Source: a virus (Duplodnaviria; Caudoviricetes). Taken from it: 64,000 nucleotides of DNA. The stretch lies in the IMG/VR virus record IMGVR_UViG_2908764845_000006, positions 32,001 through 96,000 of that record, one strand, 5' to 3'. Position 1 is the stretch's first letter. Every line of letters starts with the position of its first letter. The notes beneath the pieces were generated by a model, which ran no database searches, was not told where the DNA came from, and saw only the letters and a program-made list of their open reading frames with translations. Both the position numbers and the translations under genes were made by a program. This document shows, one piece after another, positions 9,394 through 18,908 of the stretch.

Positions 9394-9722
9394 GCCGCGA
9401 TCCACGCAATCTTGTCGCCGGCGTCGACCAGAATATCGACGGCGCCGAAGCTCGGATCGAAGTAGCGCAGCGGACCCACGTTGGTGTCCGCGTTCGGGCC
9501 GACGGTGTAGAAGATCGCGGCCGAGGCGTTGATCGTCAGCATCGGCAGCAGCAGCTCCGCGTTCGGCAGAACGCTGCCGGCCTGCGCCGCGATGGAGGAC
9601 TGCCCGGGGTTCGCCATCAGCTGCGCCCCGGTCGCGCCGTAAGGCAGCGCGACATGGGGCACGCCACCGGCAAAGCCGACGTTGCAGTATCCGAAAGTGA
9701 TGTGAACGCCAGACAGAGCCAT
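9390..9722 (-). CDS. Hypothetical virion-associated protein
   Basis: 110 aa, AGGA RBS, inside the head module. Confidence 0.6.
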   Translation of the reverse strand: MALSGVHITFGYCNVGFAGGVPHVALPYGATGAQLMANPGQSSIAAQAGSVLPNAELLLPMLTINASAAIFYTVGPNADTNVGPLRYFDPSFGAVDILVDAGDKIAWIAA

Positions 9723-9762
9723 GGAGGTGTCCTACCGGTTGAGCGCGGTTGAGGGCGTGAGA

Positions 9763-10083
9763 TCAGGCGGTGGCGCCCGTCTCGTTCTTCCAGTTCTTGC
9801 CGTCCCAGATCACCAGGTGGTTGATCGTGGTGTCGTAGAAGCGGAAGCCGATGAGCAGCGGATGAGTGCCGAGCGCCGAGGTCGGCCGCGCAGTGGTCGG
9901 ACCGGACGGCGCCAGCAGCATCCAGCCGTTGGCCTGCAGTCCCGCCGAGTCGAACTCGGGCACGTCCTGCACTCCGCCCGCCGGATCGAAGGTGCGACCG
10001 TTGACGGTGACCTTGCGGCCGTTCGCGGGCGGGATCAGACGGTGGGTGGTGATGGTGGAGTTGATGGTCACGGCGTTACCCAT
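9763..10083 (-). CDS. Hypothetical virion-associated protein
   Basis: MGNAVTINST...; C-terminal FYDTTINHLVIWDGKNWK motif common in virion proteins. Confidence 0.6.
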   Translation of the reverse strand: MGNAVTINSTITTHRLIPPANGRKVTVNGRTFDPAGGVQDVPEFDSAGLQANGWMLLAPSGPTTARPTSALGTHPLLIGFRFYDTTINHLVIWDGKNWKNETGATA

Positions 10084-10279
10084 TGAACTTGTCCCCCAAG
10101 GGTTCGAGCTCGCCGACCGAGACATACTTGTCCGGTCGCGCGAGCTGAGCGGCCGCCGCGTTGCGGTGAGCCATCTCGTTGATCCGGCGAAGCTCGGCGA
10201 GCGTCAGCATCTGCTGGCCGCTCTCCTTCGCCTCGTTCCGGCGAGCGCCGCGGTATGATCCGGCTGGTCGGGCCATCAC
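10076..10279 (-). CDS. Hypothetical protein
   Basis: Overlaps the portal stop and the next start. Confidence 0.45.
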   Translation of the reverse strand: MMARPAGSYRGARRNEAKESGQQMLTLAELRRINEMAHRNAAAAQLARPDKYVSVGELEPLGDKFNG

Positions 10280-11958
10280 TTGTCCTTCTTGGGCGGCGCC
10301 TTGGCGCCGACCTTGGTTGAGGGGGGCGATGTGGAGGGGGTCTTGGTGGAGCCCGGCTCGGGCGCCGTGGGCTGCGGGACGGCTTGCGCCATCGCCTTCG
10401 CCTCGGTGACCTTCTGGTCGAGCTGACCGTTGTCGATGTTGACGTAGCCGGTTGCGGTCTTGACCATCAGCTGGCTTGCCGCAGGGTTCGGATCAGGCTC
10501 CTCGCCGATCTTCTCCCGGACCTGATTGATGGTCAGGATGCCGTCCTCGGCGTAGCCGCGCAGGATGGTCGACTGCTTCTCCGGGTCGATCTCCTGCTCT
10601 TCCGCCCACGCGAACTCGAGGTCGTCGTCGGAGAACTCGCGCATCAGCACGTCGTTGAGGGTCTCGGTGACCCACTGCTTCATGGGCTCGATGCCCTCCT
10701 CCTCGGCCTGCTTCTCGTGCTGCTCGGCGATCGAGCGGTTCGAGAGCGAGACGAAGGCGGCCGGCGGATAGGAGAACGCGAAGCAGACGATGCGGACCAG
10801 CCACTCGTCGAACTCGTTCTTGAGCGGCGGCTCCTTGAGCGGCGTGTAGGCGTTGCCGGAGCCGGTCGGGATGAACTTCATCCGGCGACGGTTGGCGAGG
10901 TTGCCCGAGAACAGATCGTCCCAATACTGCTGGAAGCGTGCAGTCTGGTCCGGCGTCCACTCGGCCGGCAGCGAATACACCGCGTCCGGCTGGTTGCCTT
11001 CGCGGAAGTATTCGAGCTGCGCCAGCGAGCGGCGCAGCGCGATCGAGACGGTCATCACGACCTGCTCGACCGGCGAATAGCCATAGACCCGGTTAGGACG
11101 CAGATTGAGCGGCCGATAGATCAGGTCCGCCGTGGTGTAGTTCACTGCCGGGAGACCTTTCAGCACCTGCTGATAGGCCGGAGGCAGCATCGCGAACTTC
11201 GGCGGCTTCATGCCGATCGGCGTCTGATGCGCGATCATGGAGCCGGGCACCAGCCGGAAGCCGAAGGTCCGGTGGTTCTCCAGCGTGATGGTGTCGCCGT
11301 TCCACGTGAAGTCCTGCCCGGTGAACGGGATGGGCTCCGGGGTGCGGCCCCAATCGTCGATCACCCGCTTGATGGTGCCGCCGTCGACGTAGCGCAGGCC
11401 GATCAGCCCGCCGCCACGGTTGCGCTCGCAGAAGATCGACGGGGCGTCGATCACGAGCAGATCCTCGAGGATCGCGCGCAGCCAGGATCGGAAGGTCATC
11501 TCCCGGTCGGGCCGCTTGAAGAAGCGCGTGATCTCCTTGATGCGGTTCTGCTGAGCCGCAGGCAGCTCGGAGATCGGCGGCCGCTTCTTCTTGCTGCTGT
11601 CCTCGTGCTTGACGCGGATGGTCCACGGCAGGCGGCACATCTGATCCTTGCGCCGCTCGATGACGAGCCGCATCGGGTCGTAGCTGTCGGCGAGGTTGCG
11701 CAGCGCCGGGAACGAGATTTCCTCGTAGGTGCGCGGCGTGGTGGCGAGGTTGTAGCCCGGGATGAAATCCCAGACGCGGCCTGCGACCTCGGGCGGGGCA
11801 ATCGGCTGGATCGGGTTGAGAGGTCCGAACCAGTCGGCGCCCTGCGCGGTGCCGTAGCCCGCGCCCGGCGTGACCGGGCGCCCTTGCGACGACACGTTGA
11901 CGTCGTAGGGAGAGAGCGACCGCATCGAGCGGCCTTCTCCGCGAGGGGTGGACACCAT
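10276..11958 (-). CDS. Portal protein
   Basis: 560 aa between TerL and protease; YGYSPVEQ, YFREGNQP and LTINQVREKIG motifs of HK97-type portals. Confidence 0.85.
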   Translation of the reverse strand: MVSTPRGEGRSMRSLSPYDVNVSSQGRPVTPGAGYGTAQGADWFGPLNPIQPIAPPEVAGRVWDFIPGYNLATTPRTYEEISFPALRNLADSYDPMRLVIERRKDQMCRLPWTIRVKHEDSSKKKRPPISELPAAQQNRIKEITRFFKRPDREMTFRSWLRAILEDLLVIDAPSIFCERNRGGGLIGLRYVDGGTIKRVIDDWGRTPEPIPFTGQDFTWNGDTITLENHRTFGFRLVPGSMIAHQTPIGMKPPKFAMLPPAYQQVLKGLPAVNYTTADLIYRPLNLRPNRVYGYSPVEQVVMTVSIALRRSLAQLEYFREGNQPDAVYSLPAEWTPDQTARFQQYWDDLFSGNLANRRRMKFIPTGSGNAYTPLKEPPLKNEFDEWLVRIVCFAFSYPPAAFVSLSNRSIAEQHEKQAEEEGIEPMKQWVTETLNDVLMREFSDDDLEFAWAEEQEIDPEKQSTILRGYAEDGILTINQVREKIGEEPDPNPAASQLMVKTATGYVNIDNGQLDQKVTEAKAMAQAVPQPTAPEPGSTKTPSTSPPSTKVGAKAPPKKDK

Positions 11959-11974
11959 CCTGCAGCTTCCGTTT

Positions 11975-13684
11975 TTACGTTGTGGGCCCCGCTTGAGGCG
12001 TTGGCGCGGGCAGCGGGACGCGCTCCCAGCCCCGTTGCATGAAGGCTGAGGCGTCGTCCTTGCTGACGGCGATGATGCGGTTGGCCGGCGGGTATGCTGC
12101 CGTGCCGTCCATCAGGTAGACGGTCGATACGTCGTCCGGCACGCGGATCAGCACCTTGTCGCGCGGAGGCGTGGCCGGTGTGATCTCGAAGCCGAACTGG
12201 GGACCTTCCGGAGGCGGGGCGCTTGCGGCCCCGCCCTGCTGCTGCGCGCCCTCGGCGAGCCGCTTGTAATACTCGATCCAGCTGTTGGCGCCGGAAGCGA
12301 GAGCCAGGTCGTTCACCGCCCAGATCCATGCGTCGGCACGGTCAGGCGACTTCGGTCCGCCGTAACCGAGCGTGGTGAAGGCGGTGAGCTGGTCCTCCAG
12401 CTCGTTGAAGCGTCCGACGTGGCGCACGCCGTTGCGGGTATACAGCGTGGAGATCGGCTCGGCGCGGACGTGCTTGCCCTTGCTTGCATGCACCACGCGC
12501 ACCGGGACGTTACCGTCCAGCGAGCGGATGACGTAGGCGACCATGTCGCCGCCGTAGTTGGTCTCGGCGATGATGTGGTCGGCGCCGTAGGCGTGGTAGG
12601 CGGCGATTGCCGCCTTGCCCCAGTTCTCCGGACCGCCGACGATCGACAGGTCGGCGCGCAGATAGACACGGTTGTCCTTGCCGAGCGAGGCGACAATGAT
12701 GCCGATCTCGTCGTTGAGCGGCTTCTGCTCGACGTCGGTCTTGTCGCCGGGCTCGGATGCGCCGGACGGGTCGATCGAGACCACGGTCTGCACATATTCC
12801 GGCTCGTCGCCGACGACGACGCGGCAGCTCTCGATCATCTCGGTGGTCCAGAGCGCGCCGACGTTCTCGTCGATGTAGGCGCCTTCCCAGAACCGCTTGC
12901 GATAGTTGCCGGTCGAGTTTTCGAGTTCCTTGATGTAGCCCGCGTCAAGGTTCGCGATGTTGTCAGCGGGATTGATGAACATCCGCTGGTAGTTCTCGGG
13001 GTCGTTGATCGCGACCTTGGTCTCTGGGTCCTTGAGCTCGCCGAACAGGACGTTGGTCCAGTGCGACTTGCCGACCGGGTTGATGTCGTAGAACATCCGC
13101 TGCCGGCAGCCGGCGACGACCTGGGCGAGACGCGAGCGGACCAGCTTGGCGGTGTACCAGCTGATCTGCGAGCACTCGTTGAGGAAGATCGTGGCGTATT
13201 CGGCGCCGAGGATCTTGTCGGCGCGCGAGGCGTCGTCGAGACCGCCGATCCAGATTTCCGATCCGTTCGGAAACCGCACCACGTTGTGGGGGTGGCGCGA
13301 ATGCCTGTATGTCGTCCCCGGGAAGAAGAGCTTCATCACCTTCGGCAGGGTGTCGAGACCCACCGAGGCGTCGGCATGGACCGCGCGGTTGCGCAGGATC
13401 ACATGGCGGGAGCCCGGGAAGCGCAACGCGCGCAGCACGATGGTGCGGACGAGCGTCGTGGTCTTGCCGGAGCGGGCGCCGCCGACCAGACAGGTGTGGC
13501 GCTGATCGCCACCGAGCAGGATGGTGGCCTTCTCCTGCGCCGGCGTTGCGCCCTTCTCGCCCCATGACGAGAGCGCGGGGCCGCCATTGTGCCCGACCTT
13601 GGTCGGGCCCTCGGCGCCGACGATGACGAACTGAGGGCCCCTGCTGGGGGCTTTTTTCTGCCGCGCGGCCTTAGAGCTTGGCAT
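11975..13684 (-). CDS. terL: Terminase large subunit
   Basis: Walker A GGARSGKT; Walker B-like IFLNECSQ; nuclease motifs VSIDPS, AETNYGG and SPDRADA. Confidence 0.9.
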   Translation of the reverse strand: MPSSKAARQKKAPSRGPQFVIVGAEGPTKVGHNGGPALSSWGEKGATPAQEKATILLGGDQRHTCLVGGARSGKTTTLVRTIVLRALRFPGSRHVILRNRAVHADASVGLDTLPKVMKLFFPGTTYRHSRHPHNVVRFPNGSEIWIGGLDDASRADKILGAEYATIFLNECSQISWYTAKLVRSRLAQVVAGCRQRMFYDINPVGKSHWTNVLFGELKDPETKVAINDPENYQRMFINPADNIANLDAGYIKELENSTGNYRKRFWEGAYIDENVGALWTTEMIESCRVVVGDEPEYVQTVVSIDPSGASEPGDKTDVEQKPLNDEIGIIVASLGKDNRVYLRADLSIVGGPENWGKAAIAAYHAYGADHIIAETNYGGDMVAYVIRSLDGNVPVRVVHASKGKHVRAEPISTLYTRNGVRHVGRFNELEDQLTAFTTLGYGGPKSPDRADAWIWAVNDLALASGANSWIEYYKRLAEGAQQQGGAASAPPPEGPQFGFEITPATPPRDKVLIRVPDDVSTVYLMDGTAAYPPANRIIAVSKDDASAFMQRGWERVPLPAPTPQAGPTT

Positions 13685-14159
13685 CAGCCGCCGAGATCAC
13701 GAACACGGGCTGGGCCCCGCCCGCGACCTCGCCGGAGTGCTCGACCTTCTGCGGCGCATAGAGCCCGAGCAGCTTGGCCTGAAACTCCATGGTGCGACGT
13801 GCCTGATCCATGCTCTCGCCGACCCCCTCGAAGGCGTCGGCCAGGGTTGCGGTGAGCATCATCTCGAGGCGCGCGGCCATAAGGCTGCGCAGCTCTTCGA
13901 CGCCCTCGATCGGCTGGCTCTCCATCGCATAGCGGACGAGCTTGTAGGCGTAGGTGCGATTGACCTTCAGCTCCTCGCCGATCTGCTGGAACGTGTAGCC
14001 CTGCAGGCGATACTGAACGGCCTCCTCGGCCTTGCGCTTGAACGCCGCGGTGACAGCGATCTCGCGGGGCGAGGTCGATGAGTTCTTGACGGTTTTCTTG
14101 CCCTTCTTCCTCCGACGGTCCTTGCCGTCCGACTGGGCTGCGACTGCTTTGTTGGGCAT
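13671..14159 (-). CDS. Terminase small subunit-like HTH protein
   Basis: HTH GYTFQQIGEELKVNRTYAYK; KLLGLYAPQKVEHSG tail; overlaps the TerL start. Confidence 0.6.
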   Translation of the reverse strand: MPNKAVAAQSDGKDRRRKKGKKTVKNSSTSPREIAVTAAFKRKAEEAVQYRLQGYTFQQIGEELKVNRTYAYKLVRYAMESQPIEGVEELRSLMAARLEMMLTATLADAFEGVGESMDQARRTMEFQAKLLGLYAPQKVEHSGEVAGGAQPVFVISAADAKL

Positions 14160-14214
14160 GGGGACACTGAATTTCGTTGGTCTCGTGGGTCTCGATGGTC
14201 GGGTGGCGGGCGCC

Positions 14215-14254
14215 ACAAAGAGAAAGGGGCCGCCCTGCGAAGGCGACCCCTTTC
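14215..14254 (-). terminator. Intrinsic terminator-like hairpin with TTCGCAG loop upstream of the terminase genes
   Basis: Minus strand GAAAGGGGTCGCC-TTCGCAG-GGCGGCCCCTTTC followed by TCTTTGT. Confidence 0.65.
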
Positions 14255-14282
14255 CCTAAGCTCGGTGACGAGCTTGGCAGGC

Positions 14283-14414
14283 TTACTTGCTCTTCGGCGA
14301 CTTACCGCCCGACGTCTTGCTCTTGCGGCTCGACTTCTTCGCGCTCTTCTTCTTCGTGCGGGACTTCGCGGCCTTGTTGGCGCGCTTGACCGCCTTCTTC
14401 GCCTTCTTCGCCAT
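14283..14414 (-). CDS. 43-aa Lys-rich histone H1-like basic protein
   Basis: MAKKAKKAVKRANKAAKSRTKKKSAKKSSRKSKTSGGKSPKSK; GGAG RBS; below the ORF-track cutoff. Confidence 0.6.
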   Translation of the reverse strand: MAKKAKKAVKRANKAAKSRTKKKSAKKSSRKSKTSGGKSPKSK

Positions 14415-14458
14415 GATCGGCTACTCTCCGTGATGTGCGTCAGAGGTAGGCGCTGACA

Positions 14459-15025
14459 CTACGCCTTGTCTCCCTTGTCGGGAAACGCCGTCACCAGCCG
14501 AGCGAGTGTTCGCTGCGGTGGACGAATCTTCTGTAGCCGAATTTTCGGCTTTGGCAACTCGAAGCCGAGCGCCGATGCGAGCAGGTGCCCGTCGATGAAG
14601 GACGAGTCTGGAACGGGATAGTTGGTGCGCTTGATGAACTCTGTGGCGCTCGCGCCGTCCGCGAACACCACGCAGATGTAATAGTCGGCGGTGTCCTGCT
14701 GGGCGTTGGCGTTCTGCTGACGCGCGAGGTCGGCCTTCATGCCCTTGCCCTTGGCGTCGAGCTCCTTGGACTCTTCGTCAGCGGGCGAAGCGTCCCCTGC
14801 GGGGATGTCGCCGAAGGCATCGCCGAGCCTGCGCATGCGCTCGAGGTGCTCGTCCTCCGGGGAGAGCCCCTCGGGCATGTCGGCGAGCACGTCGGCCTCG
14901 TTCGGCACGAAATCGAGTGCCTTGGCGGCCTCGCGACGCTTCTTCATCGCGTCGGGGTCGAGCTTGCGCAGACCGCCGCCGCCCTCTTTCTTCTTGATGC
15001 TGAGGTTGAGCTTCTTCAGCGCCAT
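14459..15025 (-). CDS. Hypothetical protein
   Basis: 188 aa, GAGG RBS. Confidence 0.65.
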   Translation of the reverse strand: MALKKLNLSIKKKEGGGGLRKLDPDAMKKRREAAKALDFVPNEADVLADMPEGLSPEDEHLERMRRLGDAFGDIPAGDASPADEESKELDAKGKGMKADLARQQNANAQQDTADYYICVVFADGASATEFIKRTNYPVPDSSFIDGHLLASALGFELPKPKIRLQKIRPPQRTLARLVTAFPDKGDKA

Positions 15026-15031
15026 GGCGCG

Positions 15032-15700
15032 TCACCTCTCGACCGGCTGTCCCGCGGGCGTCGCGAAATACGGCGTCCGGTACAGCCCGAAGCGATCGAG
15101 CTTGATCTTCTTGTCGTTGTAGAGCGCGATGAAGCGATCCTGGCCGGCAGCATCGAGGTGCTGGAAGTAGAACTTCAGGTGCGCGATGCCCGAGCGCGGC
15201 TGGAATTTGACGTATTTGCCGATGTACTCGGTGCGCTCGTACGACGACAGGCCGTGTTGATCGCACAGCGCCTCGGTGAGCTCCTCGCCGCCGTCATACG
15301 GGTGCGAGGAGATCGACGTGACGTGCACCTGGCCGGCGACCGGCGACGGCACGTCGCAGTAGATCTTGTAGTTCTTGTCGGTGCCGATCACGAGCGCGCC
15401 GGCCTCGATCTGGGCGAACAGGTCGTCGGGGTGCATCGAGCCGCAATGCGAGCAGGCGCGGTGCCCATCCGGGGTCATCCACCAGTCATTGGACTTGTCC
15501 TGCGGGAGGAACGGCACTTCGAGGCGCCGCGGACAGCGGTGCCCCTCCGTGGGGTGCTTCTCGTCGACGTGCCCACGCAGTTTCCAGTAGGCGTTCGAGC
15601 CGCACTTCTCGTTCCCTGCACGGACGCCGAGGGGACTGTCAGCGTCCTCGCCCCACTTGAACACCGCGGGGCAGTACGGACATGCGTGATCGCTCGACAT
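15032..15700 (-). CDS. Cys/His-rich hypothetical protein
   Basis: CPYC, CPRR and CSHCGSMH motifs; AAGGAG RBS. Confidence 0.65.
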   Translation of the reverse strand: MSSDHACPYCPAVFKWGEDADSPLGVRAGNEKCGSNAYWKLRGHVDEKHPTEGHRCPRRLEVPFLPQDKSNDWWMTPDGHRACSHCGSMHPDDLFAQIEAGALVIGTDKNYKIYCDVPSPVAGQVHVTSISSHPYDGGEELTEALCDQHGLSSYERTEYIGKYVKFQPRSGIAHLKFYFQHLDAAGQDRFIALYNDKKIKLDRFGLYRTPYFATPAGQPVER

Positions 15701-15709
15701 GAGTGCTCC

Positions 15710-16213
15710 TTAGTCGTCGCCGCCGAAGTCGATGTCGATGCCGTCACCGCCGAAGAAGCCGCCGTCGTCGACGATGTCGATACCGCTACCCACGATGACC
15801 GGGTCGACGTAGAGCGGGTCCACGATCATCGGCGCGGCGTAGACGTGAGGACCTGCCAGTGCGCTGCCGATCATCGCACCGGCCATGCCGGCGACCAGCA
15901 CGTCGCCGGCGGAGGCGCCGTGGTCGACGTGATGCACAACGGTCTGGGTAGGAGCGGCTGCGTAGACGGGCTGCGGAGCTGCGGCAGGAGCCGGGCCGGG
16001 TGACGGCGGCGTCGGGCGCGGCGCGTAGGCCGCGCCGCTCCACGGGTCGCCCCACGGGCCGCGCTGGGCCGTCGGACGCGCCTCGCTCCAGCGACGGCGC
16101 TCGCTGTTCTGCTCGCGCAGGGCCAGGATGAACCAGCCGAGGCCGAACAGCAGCGCCATGATGGCGAAAACGATCAGGAGCACGGCAAAGCCGGAGATGT
16201 GCAGGTGGTGCAT
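15710..16213 (-). CDS. Membrane protein with Pro-rich linker and acidic Gly-rich tail
   Basis: N-terminal transmembrane helix. Confidence 0.6.
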   Translation of the reverse strand: MHHLHISGFAVLLIVFAIMALLFGLGWFILALREQNSERRRWSEARPTAQRGPWGDPWSGAAYAPRPTPPSPGPAPAAAPQPVYAAAPTQTVVHHVDHGASAGDVLVAGMAGAMIGSALAGPHVYAAPMIVDPLYVDPVIVGSGIDIVDDGGFFGGDGIDIDFGGDD

Positions 16214-16350
16214 GGCGTGGGGAGCCTATGGTTGGGGGACGGAGGTGGTTGGTCAGAGCCGCGATGCGAGCAGCAGCACCAGCAGCAGGATCAGGACGGC
16301 GTTCACCGCGTGGTCGAGCGCGAGAAGCCAGAAGATGGAGCGGCGCCGCA

Positions 16351-16542
16351 TCAGAGCATCGCCTGCACTGCGGTCACCAGCGTGTGGACCGAGGAGATCA
16401 GCATCGCGACCAGGCCGACGAGCAGCGAGGTCTCCATGATGGGGTCCTTCGAGAAAGCCTTGTCATGCCACCATGCCGAGATCAGGCACACCAGCAGGCA
16501 GCCCGAAGCAAGGGTCGCTACAACGCCGACGAAGATCATCAC
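16351..16542 (-). CDS. Small two-TM membrane protein
   Basis: Two hydrophobic segments. Confidence 0.45.
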   Translation of the reverse strand: MMIFVGVVATLASGCLLVCLISAWWHDKAFSKDPIMETSLLVGLVAMLISSVHTLVTAVQAML

Positions 16543-16724
16543 TGCCTCTGGAACATCCGGAATACATCGAGCCGGGTCACGCCGATCTCGTCGGCGACTT
16601 CCTGCATTGTCTTGCCACGGGCGCGCAGCTGCAGCGCCTTCTTGATGAGTGCATCTTGGACGGCGTGGCTGACAGTCTGCATGGACACCTTCGGTTCAAG
16701 GTCGCGGGGGATGGGGCGGCTCAT
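16539..16724 (-). CDS. Small HTH protein
   Basis: GKTMQEVADEIGVTRLDVFR; ATGA overlap. Confidence 0.55.
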   Translation of the reverse strand: MSRPIPRDLEPKVSMQTVSHAVQDALIKKALQLRARGKTMQEVADEIGVTRLDVFRMFQRQ

Positions 16725-17461
16725 GCCGGAGCGTCCGGGCTGGTGAGCCGCTGGTTGATCTCGCAACGGAGCAGCTCCGCGCGAGCGAGCGGGAGCCAGT
16801 CGCAGATGCGCTCGAAGTCGCGCGGGAAACGCTCCTTGAGCGGGATCAGGTAGAGGTAGGAGAAGCCGTCCAGCGAGCGCGGCAGGAAGGTGTAATCGGG
16901 AGGCAGCGAGACGCCGCTCTTCTCGATCTCGTCCATCAGGCGGCCCTTGGTCCAGTCCCATATGGGCGCCCAGTTGCCGACGGTCGGGCGGATCGCGCCA
17001 TGCTTTCGGATCGACATGAAGCGGATCGCGTTGTCGAGCGCGCGGATGCCGGTGGCCGAGAGGATCGTGCCCTCGATGCCCTCCTGCTGCTTGACCATCT
17101 CGACCACGTCCTTGTGGTCGAGGCGCGGGATGGAGGCCGCGGCCAGGATCTGCGCGCGGCGCATCGGCTGGAACAGGCCGTTGGAGAAGTGCTTGTAGAA
17201 CACCGGGTGCGGCAGGCGCAGGATTTTGCGGCCGAACAGCTTGCGCTCGTAGTAGTCGAGGCTCTCGTCGATAAACTCGAGCCCGGGGATGTCGTCGTAG
17301 TAGAACGGGATCATCTCGATCTTGTCGCGCAGGCCCAAGGCCACCGCGATCGAGTCCTTGCCACGCGAGAAAGCGATCAAGGTCTTGTCGCCGTATCGCT
17401 CCTTGTATTCGGCGATCAGCGCGTCACCGCGGGAGTGAGGGATCTTGTCGAGGCCGCTCAC
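16721..17461 (-). CDS. PAPS-reductase/PP-loop family protein
   Basis: IAFSRGKDS PP-loop, TGIRALD and APIWDW motifs. Confidence 0.7.
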   Translation of the reverse strand: MSGLDKIPHSRGDALIAEYKERYGDKTLIAFSRGKDSIAVALGLRDKIEMIPFYYDDIPGLEFIDESLDYYERKLFGRKILRLPHPVFYKHFSNGLFQPMRRAQILAAASIPRLDHKDVVEMVKQQEGIEGTILSATGIRALDNAIRFMSIRKHGAIRPTVGNWAPIWDWTKGRLMDEIEKSGVSLPPDYTFLPRSLDGFSYLYLIPLKERFPRDFERICDWLPLARAELLRCEINQRLTSPDAPA

Positions 17462-17919
17462 TGCCGGGGCCTCCGAAGTGTCAGCTTGGCGTGCATCCGG
17501 TTCGGATCATCGGGGTCGCGCCAGCACTCGATCTCCGGCTTGGGCATCAGGATGTCCATGAACGGCCGAATGACCTCGGAGAGCTGGGCGCGGGTGAGGA
17601 CGCCGTCCCCTGCCCGTTCCATGATCTCGGCGTGGATGATCTCGCCGACGAGGTCGAGCTTCGGAAGCTGCGCTGTCACTTCTTGCGACCCCCTCAGTTC
17701 ACGATAGGCGAAGGCGATGTCCCTGACCTCGATGTCGAGCTTCTTGATGTGCGCGTCGCGCAACTCGAGCTCGCGCGTGGCGGAGCGGCGAAGGTCCGCC
17801 AGCGCCGATTTGAGGAAATCGTTCTCGTCCTTCAGCGCGCGGACCTGCCGGCGCAGCTTGACGAACGAGTTGTCCGGGGCGGAGCCCGTGCTGACCTTGA
17901 CGATGTAGGGCTGCTTCAC
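17458..17919 (-). CDS. Coiled-coil hypothetical protein
   Basis: GTG start overlapping the upstream stop. Confidence 0.5.
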   Translation of the reverse strand: MKQPYIVKVSTGSAPDNSFVKLRRQVRALKDENDFLKSALADLRRSATRELELRDAHIKKLDIEVRDIAFAYRELRGSQEVTAQLPKLDLVGEIIHAEIMERAGDGVLTRAQLSEVIRPFMDILMPKPEIECWRDPDDPNRMHAKLTLRRPRQ

Positions 17920-18350
17920 GAGGCGAGCGCCCGCAGATACTCGAGCACCTGGCTCGACGTGCCTTGGAAGTGGCCCATTGCGGTGGCGCGCTCCTGATAG
18001 GTGCGCTGCCGGGTGAGGTGCCCGGCAGGGAGCTCCCTCCCCTCGCGCGCCCAGTAGCGCTGGCGGATCACCTCGGGGTGCTCCTGAATGAACACCGGCG
18101 TGACGTGGAAGCCGACATGCTCCAGCGGCGCGACGATCTGCGACATCGAGAACGGCGTCTCGATCAGCAGCGGCCGTTTCGCGGTGTGCGACTGCCGGCA
18201 AATCTCGGCGGTGTAGGAGGCGCCCGGCGCTGCCTTGAACTGATCGTGCGGCACGTAGTGGTAGAGGCCGGCGAGCTGGCCGCAGACCCACGACTTGCCC
18301 GAGCCCGGGCAGCCGACGACCAAGAAGGCGGTGAGGTTCGCCGGGATCAT
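17916..18350 (-). CDS. P-loop kinase-like protein
   Basis: VVGCPGSGKS Walker A; small kinase-sized ORF. Confidence 0.65.
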   Translation of the reverse strand: MIPANLTAFLVVGCPGSGKSWVCGQLAGLYHYVPHDQFKAAPGASYTAEICRQSHTAKRPLLIETPFSMSQIVAPLEHVGFHVTPVFIQEHPEVIRQRYWAREGRELPAGHLTRQRTYQERATAMGHFQGTSSQVLEYLRALAS

Positions 18351-18697
18351 CAGGCGACCCCGCTCAGCAGCGCGCAGAACCAGATCAGCTTGCATACGAC
18401 GTGGAGCGACTGGTCGGTGTTGTAGCCGATGCGGTTGCGGCACTTGGTGAAGTCGATCACCGCGTGGGCGACGAGCTCGGCGACTGCGAGGAGCCACGAA
18501 CCGGTGGCGAGCTTGACGGCTCCGGCGTGGATCGCGGCGTGCGCGAGCAGCGCGCCCGGCCAGATCGTCTCGGCCGGAACGAGGACGGGTGACCAGCCCG
18601 GGTTCTTGGCCTTCGACAGCCAGTCGCCCTGCAGCGGATAGTCCGCTACCGCGTGGCCGATCAGCATCCAGAACAGGGGGCCGAGAGCATCCAGCAT
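18350..18697 (-). CDS. DUF3307-like membrane protein
   Basis: GHAVADYPLQ, HAAIH, HAVIDFTK and DQSLH motifs. Confidence 0.7.
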   Translation of the reverse strand: MLDALGPLFWMLIGHAVADYPLQGDWLSKAKNPGWSPVLVPAETIWPGALLAHAAIHAGAVKLATGSWLLAVAELVAHAVIDFTKCRNRIGYNTDQSLHVVCKLIWFCALLSGVA

Positions 18698-18698
18698 G

Positions 18699-18908
18699 TC
18701 AGGCGGCCTTCTGCTCGCGCGTGCCGAGCTGGCACTTCCAGCCGGCGAGGCGCTCGGCGGGATGCTGCTTCATCCACTCGGCGATCGCCGGCAGACCGAC
18801 CATGCACTGGGTCATGGTCATCGGCTGGAAGTCGGAGTTGGTCACGGTGACCTCGTGGCAGTCCGCGGGGGCCGCGAGGCTGCACAGGGTCGCGATGATC
18901 TTGATCAT
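18699..18908 (-). CDS. Small Cys-containing hypothetical protein
   Basis: MIKIIATLCSL... Confidence 0.5.
   Translation of the reverse strand: MIKIIATLCSLAAPADCHEVTVTNSDFQPMTMTQCMVGLPAIAEWMKQHPAERLAGWKCQLGTREQKAA

Noticed and set aside
3104-13567. Long plus-strand ORFs (3104-4813, 5411-6955, 10384-12042, 12419-13567)
   Set aside because: Antisense shadows of capsid, protease, portal and terminase genes, typical of high-GC codon bias
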